Shown here one piece after another: positions 12,201-23,686 of a DNA stretch of 64,000 bases. The notes below the pieces were generated by a model. That model was not told the DNA's origin, did no database searches, and saw nothing but the letters and a program-made list of their open reading frames with translations. The stretch covers positions 4,115,671 through 4,179,670 of the forward strand of contig JBNZDD010013730.1 in assembly GCA_050575255.1 (NCBI GenBank), written 5' to 3'. The number at the start of each line of letters is the position of its first letter. Position 1 is the stretch's first letter. Source of the stretch: Harriotta raleighana (taxonomy: Eukaryota). Made by a program: the position numbers and the translations under genes.

Positions 12201-14272
12201 CCAGTGAACTTTCCTTGAGCAATTATTTTATCTCCTGTTTCCCTCCTACCTCGGAAAATCATTTTGTAGTGGTACTGTCCTCCCACTAGAAAGTATGTGC
12301 ATGTGGATGTCAGGTAAGAACAGAATTGGGCTGAACTACAAACCTTTTTATGATTGTATTGCTTACTGACGATCAATGTCAAAGCTGAAGCACGAAAAGG
12401 TTTTCCCTGAGTTTTGGAGCCTTACACAAGCTAGTGTTAGTGTCTATGATACAGGCACGTCCTGCTTGGAGAGTGCTTTATAAATAAATGTTGTTGTTGT
12501 GGTCTTTCCATTATCAAACTGAACACAGACAAAAAAATTAGGCAAGGACACCCAAAATCCTTCACAACAGCAGATGTAAAAAGAATTTGGTGTCGCAATC
12601 AAAAGGCACCTACTTTTATACCTTCAATGTCCTTGTATTCTTTTTTCTCTCTCTCTCTCCTCACTATGAAAACATTCATAGTTTTCCCTCTAATTTCTAA
12701 CGAGAGAGAAAACCCACAAGTGACTATAAAAATTGTAGGCCTCTTGAAGCCATGAGTGTTCTTCGTCAAACTAATGCTGTGTTTGAAGAAGAATTCTCTT
12801 GTGGGGATGCTTTTGGGGATGGGGTTAACAGGGATCTTGGATGAAAACTTCACAACTTATTTTGCAAAACAACAGTTAATGCAGCATGCATTCACCGCGA
12901 TTGTTACAAATGTGATTCAGGGTTACTGTTTGCATTCTTCTGTGCAAGGCCATCAGTGAGTTAGTAGTATGAAAACCTCTTGAGGTTTTGATTCTGGAAG
13001 ACAATCCCATTCCCTATTATTCAGTTCCTCTGGCTGTTGACATCTACCACATTGCTGTTAACACTCTTAACTTTGATCTCCCAGTCCTTGGCATCCTTAA
13101 TTCATAGAGCTGCTTCTAGATTCCCCGCTGAAAGCATCCCAAAATGATCACTTTGTTACTTATCTTCGCTGCCTTTACTGCAGTGTCCCATTTCCAATTA
13201 TAGTACTGTATCTATTTGTCAATTTCTGGCTTGTTTGTAAATCAAGCAAACAGTGACGTCTGCTCACTCGAGTGGATTTGCAAGTTATGGCCTATCAGTC
13301 AACAGATGGGGTGGGAAAAACTCAGTGCTGTCAGATCCTCGCTCTTTGCATCTCGGCCAGAAAGAATCACTGACAGATAATGTTGGTGCTTTTGGTAGAC
13401 TTCGGGACCAGTGGGTAACAATGATCAACAAAGCAAATTCCAAATCCAAAGTGAACTGAGTAGGTGATGCCAGAATCTTGCAGATTAGGCTTCCGATGGA
13501 CTGGCTTCATGTTAAATACGATGGGAAAATATCCTTCTCTAGTGGGCCATTTGCACATTTTCTTGGGATTCCCATTTGCTAGTTGTGTCACGGTTGTTAG
13601 CAACATTGCAATATCATCACTTAATTTCATCCTGGTCATGGGGGTGAATAAGGGAGAGGGGGATAGGTCTCTGGTTTACAGAGGTGGTCTTATGTTTGAT
13701 CTACCTGCGTGTATGTGGGAAGCAGAAGGTGAGAGGGAGAGGAACTGATAATTGAATAAAATATAATCTTCCAATGTTCATAGTCACCTTGTGCAGAACA
13801 AACAAGGAAATGACATTGAAAGCATCAAGATTGAACATCGCTGGAAGATTGTGTGAGGAGAGAAAATAAGGGGGAAATTACAAAGTAAAACTAGAGTGGC
13901 AATTTACAACATGTTCTTCCACCACTGATAGATTGATAGATTACAGTACTGCAGTATAAGTGAACTCTTGACAGAAACTAAAAGAGCTTTGTCTTCAGTT
14001 GTGATCCACTACAATTTCCACATGGGTTTGCAAAAAGCTCACACACACCATAATCTTAAATAATTGCCCTTGCCCATTTAGCACACTTGGCTGCTATGAG
14101 AAATGCACTATGTTGGACTTCCCCAAAGAATTACAGATCAGTACTGTCTCTTTCAAGCTGCTCTGTGCCTTTATTGAACTGATTTGCTGAGAATGATTGT
14201 ATCACTGCTGAATGCGATCATTTTGCTAAAGACGGGAAAGAGTATTGGAGGCCAAAGAGTGTGTGTGGGCGC

Positions 14273-14322
14273 GGGGNGGCGAGGGGGGGGGGGGGGGGGG
14301 GGGGGGGGGAAGGGGTGGGGGG
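14273..14322 (+). repeat. Poly-G tract (G-quadruplex-capable)
   Basis: Run of more than 25 G plus flanking G-runs. Contains an N, so the length is uncertain. Confidence 0.85.
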
Positions 14323-15369
14323 AGAAGAGCTCAGTGCTGAAAAGGACTGCTGTTCCCTCAGAGAGCAAAATAAGCCCTGCTCTGGAAATTCCTATTTGTA
14401 TATAAATTAAGAGGCTTGTGTGTTTGTGTGCACACGCGCATGCGTATAGTGTGCGATGCATCTGCAGTGAAAGCTGTCCTTCCCATCACCTTGATTAACT
14501 AGTACAGAATATAAACTGGCGCTGTCAGTGTCAGGGGGAGTTTTCAGGCAGGTTCAGTTCCTGGAACTGCTTGAATGCTTTGCTCCACAATATCTGCAGC
14601 AATCCTGCCATATTGGCCGTGGCAGAAGATGATAGACCTGCCTCAAGAGCCACTTTTAAAAAAAAAAAAAAATTCTTTCAAAAATATATAGTTTCATCAA
14701 AACCGATGGATATAAGTTTTCAGATCTTGAGGTATTTGTCAGTGTAATGATACAATCATATTACTGATCGCCTTGTCACGCAACCACTACACACAATCGT
14801 GGCTTGCAAAACACGTTACCGTGACAACAACTCTTCCTCTGTTCCCCCCTACCCCCAATTTAATTTTCTGTGAACTAGCTAATTAATTTAATTACACCTG
14901 GATTAAGATACCACCTACTAATGTGGCAATAGCCATCAGAAAAATTACAGGTTAGCAATCAAGGTAAGTAGTGTAGAGGAAGCCTGGACAAAGCTGCAGT
15001 ATTATTATGGTTTGGTCGAGTGCAATGTTTTAAGTTTGCAATTCAATAGCCACCTGCTCTAATTAACTGGTTTTGGTTTAGTGCCAAAAAAACAGCGTCA
15101 TCCTGGTTTCAGCACACATTATGTACTAAACCCTGTAACACTTATACCATATGTGTACATACCATTAAATATTACGGTCACTGGGTTTTTAAGGAAACCT
15201 GGTTTCGACCACGAGGAACATCCTACTCGCTGACCCACGATGAAACCCGGAATCCTCCTGGATCACGTGTGAATTGGACAAGTGGCTGATCCATCCATTT
15301 GAAATTTAATGATGGGAATTATCTGACTATCTCGTCTGTGTTTCTAATAATAACAACAAAAACAACAAC

Positions 15370-15640
15370 ATCAGTAATCGTGATCCTAGCATTTGATGCA
15401 GTGCATTTCCATGTTGTCGAGATGTTTCTAAGCACTTCAAAGAGAAGCATATTGAGAAGTGCATTGACTATCTTTGCAGCCAACTGGGGCAGTCAATTTA
15501 TGCACAGCGAATGTCCTACAAACACCCGTGTACTGAGTGGGCAATTTTATGTGGGGAGGATTGCAGTTAGGACATTGAGAGAAGTGTACACCTGGACAAG
15601 CAGACGGGACCTTGGTTTAATGTCTCGTCTGAAGGACAGG
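15370..15640 (-). mobile_element. Diverged DeuSINE fragment
   Basis: Reverse tail (atcctagcatttgat...), reverse Deu core 'gcagtcaatttatgcacagcgaatgtcctacaaaca', and 'cagacgggaccttggtttaatgtctcgtctgaagga'. Confidence 0.6.
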
Positions 15641-17545
15641 ATGGGATTTCATGAGAGATCTCACTGGTAAGTATTCTGTGCATGACTGCAAGTTTGCACC
15701 CAACAGCAGGGCTCCCTGCTCTATCTCTCTAGCGCACCGTTGGTATTTACATTTCTAAAGGTACTCTCTGGAGGAGAAATCAAAGGTTTGGACAGGAGCA
15801 ATATGTTTCACTGCTTCAGTTGACATCAAACCTTCTAATGTCCACTAAGTGACAAATCCAGTCATGATAATCATTGTGGAGTAAGGAAATGATGCTAATT
15901 CCCTGAACTGACAACGCTGTGTTATTTGCTGTCCAAATGGACCGCTGTTTGAATGCTCCACAGCCTGATGTCTCAGGAATTATTTATTGAAAAAACATCT
16001 CAGGGCAGACAAAAAGGATTAAAAAAAACACTGAAAAATGTAATGGTCCTGCATGGTAAACAGAATACAAAATTGGTTACAATAGAGCACTATATTTGTT
16101 CCATTCTCGAACACGACCTTCTTTAACCCAGTGTCACTGCCTGTGAGTGATGGCAATATATCAATCCAAAGTATGGTGTGTGTCTACTCAATGGGATACA
16201 ATTGTAAGACAATACAGTTTGTTTTCTGCACTGCGCTACCTCAACTTTCAGAATATTATCTGAAACAAGCGTTTTGGTCGCGTATAATTAACAACTAGTC
16301 ATTCATTCCGTTCACAACCAATGAGATGTTGTTTTCCCATTGCCAGTACCGTTTTGAGCCACTTATCTAATTATGCTTTCTAAGATTATTGCTCTTTGAT
16401 GCTTGATGATTGTGGTGAATTTGTTTTATATTTTTACACTCGGTAGAGAAGGTTTTATTAAGCACGGCACCAAAATAATTTCTTTATTAAATCCCCCTCT
16501 GGGTGAGTGTTGGAAACTTGTAGAATTAAATGTCACATTCTGGACATTAAGTTAATAGATGTCTAAACACCATTATTACTTTTTTTTTTAGAAAGATATT
16601 GCCTTTTGGACATTACTTGAAGTCTGCTTGACGAACCTGTATCTCATTTGCAAAATAGTAATTTGTTAGAAGACCAGGCTGGAGTTCCTAATATAAAGAA
16701 AGAATGAGTAAATTTTGCAGCTGCTTAGCATGTTGAAACATCTCAATGTACTTTACCAGTAATTCCAATCAAGCGAAGTGACTATTTTTGTAAGCAAATC
16801 TGGCAGCCATTTGCACGAGCAACACCCACAAACAGATCAGTGAATGATCAATTAATCTGGACGATTGTTGGCCAGGATAATGGGGGAAATGCCCTACTGT
16901 TTTTCAATCGTGTCATGAGATCTTTACAAAGATATGATAGAAATGTCTAGATCTGATGACAGATATTTTCTATGGGGCTAATGGCTTTTGGGTTTCCCTC
17001 TTCTCTATTCCTTTCCTGGCTTCCTGTATATGGCTTATGTTTTCCTGAAATTTCTATCTGACTTTTGCCCTTTCACTACCCCTTGCAGTGAAGGAAAATG
17101 CTAACCTTTGTTTCCTCCAGATCCTGTCAGAACCTTTTTCCATAGCTGAACAGATGAGCAAAACAGATTCTTCAGAGACAATTTTACACAGAGTTACATC
17201 CATCTGATTCAATTATAAATTAAATTGATTAACGAACCGTGGCTCATTATGGGAATAAATTACTCAGAACTGTCTTTTGACAAAAAATGTATAAAATAAA
17301 AAATAATGGGCTTCCTTCACTGTATGATATTGCCATAAATTGAAGCTAAATTGCATTTTGTTTTAGCATCCAGGGCCTCTTGGTGTGGTTTGAGGTGCAA
17401 ATGATCATTTTTTGAGGTTCTGCAGCTTTAATTAGCTACTGTATTGCCTCTCCGTAATTGGCAGCTTGTATTTTGAAGGTGCTGGATATTTACTGCTCTG
17501 TTTCTAACCTGAGAGCTCTCACTTTCCCAGCTGACTACCGACTGT

Positions 17546-17925
17546 GGAGCTCCTGTAGCTCAGTGGTTAGAGCACTCACCTTACAAGCATGAGACTTGTG
17601 TTCGAATCCAGGCAGATCAGGGCGAAATCTTGGGCAAGTTACTCTTTGCTACACACACACGCCTAATAATAATCCCTCCAAAAAAACCACAATAAGAAAA
17701 ATTGGTCATTTCAGTCACAATTGCCTGCTGCGTTTTGGCCACAAATATACAGTCAATTCACTTTACAGTATATTCTGTGAAGCACTTTGAGATGTCGATA
17801 AGATGTAAAAGCACTATATCAAATGCAACAACAACAACAACAAAATTACACTTGTATAGCGCCTTTCATGTCGGGAGGACGTCCCAAAGCGCTGAAATGC
17901 AAAGATTATTATTATTATTATTATT
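17546..17925 (+). mobile_element. Young tRNA-derived Deu-domain SINE, full length, interrupted by an L2 tail
   Basis: Head ggagctcctgtagctcagtggttagagca (box A) and gttcgaatcc (box B). Body shared with the 27035, 34942, 56322 and 60356 copies; (ATT)n tail. Confidence 0.9.
17829..17894 (-). mobile_element. 66 bp 5'-truncated L2 tail insertion with 8 bp TSD
   Basis: (CAA)n plus reverse L2 stem-loop, flanked by the direct repeat aaatgcaa at 17821-17828 and 17895-17902. Confidence 0.85.
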
Positions 17926-18963
17926 TGGAGTAAATAAATGTCAACTCAGTGAATCCAGAGATAAATCCGTAGAAATACGGGGTTGCAATACTGACAAGCA
18001 AGGACATTTGGCACAATCATAGCAACATACAGTATATGGCGATTGCTAAAAGGGTATGCCAATTCATTTTGATTCCAATGTAGTCAAACAGGTTTTAGGA
18101 TTACTTGCGATTACTAAAGCAGATTAAACACAGGCAAAAACAGATAAGTGAAGGGAGTTCCTCCCAGCCAACAATCCCAGCTCCTAAACTTATCACTCAA
18201 TTCCCGATTGTTTATTAGACGTTGCTGTGCACAAATTGGCGGCCGCAATCGACTACAGAATAGAGGTCGCCACACTTTTCGGTATATCCCGTGAAGAGTT
18301 TTGAGATGTCCTCCCAATCTGGAAGGTGCTATATCAAATATTTTATTGTTATTATGGTACATAGGGAAGCAGAAGTCAGAAATCCTTAACGTAATGCGTA
18401 ATATTATTTTGTGTCAACAGAATGTATAACCTGTAGCTGCAGATTTTACTATATCAACTCAAATTGACTAGACCAAAGTATATCCTACTTTCAAGCTCCC
18501 CCTACTAGGTTAAATGAGCTGTCGCTCACTTAGTTACACACGTACTTTCCCAGCATCTGTGTTAAAAAAAAATGGCTGGTGCCTGATAATTATGTTTAAA
18601 AATTAAGGGCAATTACAAGAACCCTAAAACAGATTTGAATTATTTGCCACAAAAATAGCTTCAGTTTCTAGCTGTGAAACTGATTATGAACTGACATAAT
18701 TAAAGTCTGTAAATAAATGTAATTGTAGTGATTGGGCCTTGGTGATTACTGGGAGCGAATTCACTCCCTTCAATTTACTGCCGAAAGATTAGATGTTACT
18801 AAGTTATCAGGAAGCTCATTTCAATTTCTTCCTCTGTAAAACCGGCCAGTTATTCGAAATATTCAACTAGCGTTAAACCCGTGATTCTGCCAACACCGGG
18901 TCCATGTTCGTCAGGTCAGAGAAGGTCTGGTCGAATTAGAATTTGTTGTTTTTCCAGCTGTAG

Positions 18964-19002
18964 TGTAATGAGCAGCCTGAGTCTCTCAGTGACCTCTCTT
19001 TT
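18964..19002 (+). CDS. Candidate short internal exon (CNEQPESLSDLSF), possibly upstream of the 27892 exon
   Basis: Pyrimidine tract ttgttgtttttccagctgtag| and donor |gtaagt. With the second AG it is 39 nt, phase 0-0, compatible with the 27892 exon. The first AG (start 18958) gives a different, phase-2 frame. Confidence 0.25.
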
Positions 19003-19917
19003 GTAAGTATGTTCAGATGGAGTGCTGGACGACAGTGGGCTGAAAGGAAAGCAGTTTATTAAGATGCGGTGTGCAGATTATTCACCCACAAATACACGGT
19101 CAATACACTTTATGGCGCTTTGAGGTACATTAGAAATCACAATCTTGACAGTTTACATGTCTTCTGTCGCGTTGGGGGGAACGCCTCAAAGCGCTTCGCA
19201 GGACACACTGTAAACTGTAGGCGAACGTAATCCTGCAAAATGCTTCAAGGTGTTTTGACAATGTGATGAGGTGCTCTATTAATTGCAAGGATTAGTATTG
19301 TTATTATAGCAGCTGCATGACATGCTGGAATCAAACCTGACATGACACATTTGGCCTAAATCGGAGGCTTCACTCTGCATTACAGCTGAACAAGGAAACT
19401 TGAGTCAACTGAGCACTCCCTTGTTGCAGGCACATCTTAAGTTTCTGGCAGACAAGCCGTTTGTTTACAGAGCTGAAAATTGCTGGCAAATTTTATGGCA
19501 AAGATCTTGATGCCAGATAATAGCTAGAGATCAGAGGGAGCGAGATAGAAAAAGAGAGGGAGAAATCAACCCATGGCTGGTGTAAAAGAGAGTGATTTTC
19601 CAGCTCCGCACCAAATGCATTTGAAAGTGCCCCATTTCAAACATTGCCAGGAAAGTTCCTCCAAAGGTGCCTGCCTCCATGATCTTCTCAGAGAGGTGAG
19701 GCAGTTACCTGCAGTAGATAGATTTCTGGTAGCTCAGAAACCATCACAATAAATCATTTGCACTTGTACCCGTCCTTATAANAGGAAAGTTCCTCCAAAG
19801 GTGCCTGCCTCCATGATCTTCTCAGAGAGGTGTAGCAGTTACCTGCAGTAGATAGATTTCTGGTAGCTCAGAAACCATCACAATAAATCATTTGCACTTG
19901 TACCCGTCCTTATATTC

Positions 19918-21059
19918 TCTAATTCCAGTCATATCTCTCCCACCGCCTTCACTTTGTATCTTCCAACGGATTTTCCTTCAGCCCACACAGTAACATGCAG
20001 CGTTCCTCAGGGCTCTGTCCTTGGTCCCCTGCTCTTCACCCTCTACATGCTCCCCCTGGGCAACATCATCCGCAGACAAGAGGTAAAATTTCCACATGTA
20101 TGCAGATGACACCCAATCTACCTTTCTGCTTCCTCCCTCGACTCCAGGACTACTGGCATACTGACTGCATGTCTGACCAACATTGAGTCCTGGACGAGGG
20201 CCAACTTCCTCCAACTCAATGTCAACAAGACGGAGGCCCTCCTGGTCGGCTCACGTCAGCGCCTCCGCACCTCAGGTGCTGACAACGTCAGCATTCAAGG
20301 CTGCTCTCTCCACTTCTCGAAGCCAGTCAGGAATCTGGGCATCTTGTTTGACTCCGAACTGTCCTTCCTCCCTCATAACCGCTCCCTGACCGGTATCACC
20401 TTCCACCAACTCCGCAATATTTCCAGGCTCCGCCACTACCTCACCTCCCCATGCTGCCGGAACCCTCATTCACGCCTTTATCACCTCCAGGCTTGACTCC
20501 GAGAAATCTCTTCGTCGGCGTTCCCAACTCCTCCCTTCACAGGCTGCAGAACATTCAGAATTCTGCAGCTCGTGTACTCTCCCGCACTAGGCTTCGTGAC
20601 CCCATCACTTCCACCCTATCCCGTCTCCACTGGCCCCAGAGGATCAAATTCAAAATCCTCGTCCTCACTTTCAGGCCACTCACGGCCTTGCCCCCGCCTA
20701 TCTCTCTGACCTGCTGTCTCCCTATCAGCCTGCCCGCACCCTCTGTTCAGCAGACTCAGGCCTGCTCCGCGTCCACTGCTCTAACTGTCCAGCCTCTCTG
20801 CCCCCACAGTATGGAACTCCATCCCTCAGTCCCTCCACCTTACTTCCTCCCTTTCCTCCTTCAAGGTCAGTCTCAAGACCTTCCTCTTCGACCGCGCCTT
20901 CGGCTCCCCCCCAACTCTTCCCCCTCTCCCACTCACCTTCCCCCTTCCCCTACCCCCAACCCTTCCCCCTGCTTGGGTCCCAACCTGACCGTTCAGCGCT
21001 TTGGGACGTCCTCCAGATGTGAAAGGTGCTATACAAGTGTAATTTTGTTGTTGTTGTTG
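19918..21059 (+). mobile_element. 5'-truncated L2 LINE (RT core to 3' tail), frameshifted
   Basis: Translates to [24 protein letters not shown]...HMYADDTQ (L2-type YADD), NFLQLNVNKTE, LHRLQNIQNSAARVLSRT...LHW. Ends in the tail stem-loop and (TTG)n. Confidence 0.92.
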
Positions 21060-21419
21060 ATTCAGTTACTAGCTGGACATTCAGTCGGATTTTATTAACC
21101 CAGCATTGCACCATTTTGCTAGCAGTCTCTGCGTCATGTACTGTAATATAACCAGCACCTTGGGAGGTCCTCCCAACATGAATGGCATTATATAAATGTA
21201 ACATTGTATTGTATAACGTGATGCTCCCCGAGCTGGTAATTTGAGCACCCTGCGATGATGTGCTTGGTTAATGAGGTTTTCCCATTATCTGCATACGTAA
21301 ATATTGTCAAACTGCACAAAGCCTATTGGCAAAGGACCATGCTGTGGAGAATTATTTTAATGGCAGTGTGTATCGTACATTTCTAAATACATATTCATTC
21401 AGATTTATTCATTTAGAAA

Positions 21420-22099
21420 NNNNNNNNNNNNNNNNNNNNNNNNNNNNNNNNNNNNNNNNNNNNNNNNNNNNNNNNNNNNNNNNNNNNNNNNNNNNNNNNN
21501 NNNNNNNNNNNNNNNNNNNNNNNNNNNNNNNNNNNNNNNNNNNNNNNNNNNNNNNNNNNNNNNNNNNNNNNNNNNNNNNNNNNNNNNNNNNNNNNNNNNN
21601 NNNNNNNNNNNNNNNNNNNNNNNNNNNNNNNNNNNNNNNNNNNNNNNNNNNNNNNNNNNNNNNNNNNNNNNNNNNNNNNNNNNNNNNNNNNNNNNNNNNN
21701 NNNNNNNNNNNNNNNNNNNNNNNNNNNNNNNNNNNNNNNNNNNNNNNNNNNNNNNNNNNNNNNNNNNNNNNNNNNNNNNNNNNNNNNNNNNNNNNNNNNN
21801 NNNNNNNNNNNNNNNNNNNNNNNNNNNNNNNNNNNNNNNNNNNNNNNNNNNNNNNNNNNNNNNNNNNNNNNNNNNNNNNNNNNNNNNNNNNNNNNNNNNN
21901 NNNNNNNNNNNNNNNNNNNNNNNNNNNNNNNNNNNNNNNNNNNNNNNNNNNNNNNNNNNNNNNNNNNNNNNNNNNNNNNNNNNNNNNNNNNNNNNNNNNN
22001 NNNNNNNNNNNNNNNNNNNNNNNNNNNNNNNNNNNNNNNNNNNNNNNNNNNNNNNNNNNNNNNNNNNNNNNNNNNNNNNNNNNNNNNNNNNNNNNNNNN
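21420..22099. other. Assembly gap (N run)
   Basis: Run of N. Confidence 1.
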
Positions 22100-22892
22100 A
22101 TATATATATACACACATTATTTTCTTTTTGGATCTAGGAAGTCTTTTGGTGAATTATTTGCACCATTTGAAGTGTGGCTGCAAGCATTTAGCTAAACGCT
22201 TCTCTGTCGCCCTCAATGCTAACACAAGTGACACTATGCATCTTGCTCCCTGCTAATTCTCTCGAGAAAAAAAAACAGGTTGGATGATGAAAATAGAAAT
22301 TGGATCAAAACGCATCTTAATAAGCAAATTAATTTGGACTTTGCTCAGATTAAATCAATTTATCAAACTGTAGTTGCAGCTCTCCAATGAATGGATTGAC
22401 TGAGACACTGCCGAGTATGTGGCCAGAATGGTCTGCTATTCAAACCCCGATTCTTTGATGAGTTGAGTGATCTCAACACCAATGGTGATGTTCAAATATC
22501 TCTTGGCATCATTAACTGAATAAGTTAAAAAATCAACAAGAATTCCGATTCTTTGTGTGCTCTATTGGAAAGAGCGGTTTGGATATCGAGCGAGAATCAA
22601 AAGGATCGGCATTTCTCTCTCCCCATCTCCCTCCTTCGCACTGGACTCGTATATGAAAATGACCACTTGGTTGAGATATAATCCCAAAGAAACTATATAC
22701 CCTAGTATGGAGCTTCTAACTTCAGGAAAGTAGAGCATTTGATAGCGATAAGTTAAATATGTAGGTAGTTACAGTCTTCACACATAATGCTCTGTCTTCC
22801 ACTAGAAATGAGCACAGATCTGGTCCAGTTCAAATTTGACTATGGATTAACTTGGATGATCAGAGTAAGTGATAGGATAAAGCATTCAATTG

Positions 22893-23022
22893 CAAAACAC
22901 TGCAGATGCTGGAAATCTGAAAGAAACAGAAGCTGCTGGGCACACACAGCATGTCAGGCAGCATCTATGGAGAAAGAAAAATATGTCAACATTTTGGGTC
23001 CATGGACCTTCGCCAAAACTGG
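22893..23022 (-). mobile_element. Penelope-like element terminal repeat (shark type) with decayed hammerhead core
   Basis: 'cagatgctggaaatctgaaagaaacagaa...tcaggcagcatctatggagaaag...gtcaacattttgggtccatggaccttcg' is homologous, in the opposite orientation, to 57216-57300. Confidence 0.6.
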
Positions 23023-23579
23023 GCCATATTGGAAGGGGGAGGTTTATAAGGACTAATAGAGAGGAGCTGAAGCATTCGTGTGAGGTTTGGAGACTTCTCA
23101 TTAGGTTATGCCTCAAGATAGAAATTAATGTGGTACCAACAATAAGGTAAACCCTAGTGAAAGTCACCTTTCACATACAGTATTGTTTATTGCCTACAGT
23201 CTCATCGCTCCCCGCTTACAAAAGTGAAATTCAATATTGCACAGCAGCAAGGTACCACACAAAATGGTTGGTTAAAAACATATTGTCAATTTCAAAATTC
23301 CACAATTGCATTAAGAATTTGTACTTACATAATAATCATTTTTGCACAGCGCCTTTTCAAAGCACTTCACAGGATATGCTGTAAAAGTGTAGTGACTGTG
23401 TGTTTTGTGAGCAAACGCAGTCATGTTGGGATTCAAATGGAAATTTGGACACAATTTCAATAAATTCCATTTTAGTCTCCCTCTTTTTTGACGTCTCTAC
23501 AGGAAACAGCAGCTTTTGAAATTTGCTCTGTTTCTAGGTTTCACTTGTTTTGGTTTGCTGAGTTCATATATACATATAA

Positions 23580-23686
23580 ATATACAGTCAATTCACTTTC
23601 CAGTAAATTCTGTGAAGCGCTTTGAGACGTCGATAAGGTGTGAAAAGTGCTGTATCAAATGCAAGGATTATTATTATTATTATTAT
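23580..23686 (+). mobile_element. Young SINE 3' fragment
   Basis: atacagtcaattcactt...gtgaagcgctttgagacgtc...aaatgcaaggattattatt. Confidence 0.85.

Noticed and set aside
17121-17207. Strong 3' splice site (ctaac...tttcctccag) followed by 28 codons and a stop
   Set aside because: No donor, no recognisable peptide and no supported upstream partner.
20451-21098. 215 aa proline-rich ORF
   Set aside because: It lies in a frameshifted L2 fragment and is not a host gene.
21326-22195. Long ORFs of 234-289 aa
   Set aside because: They consist almost entirely of the N gap.
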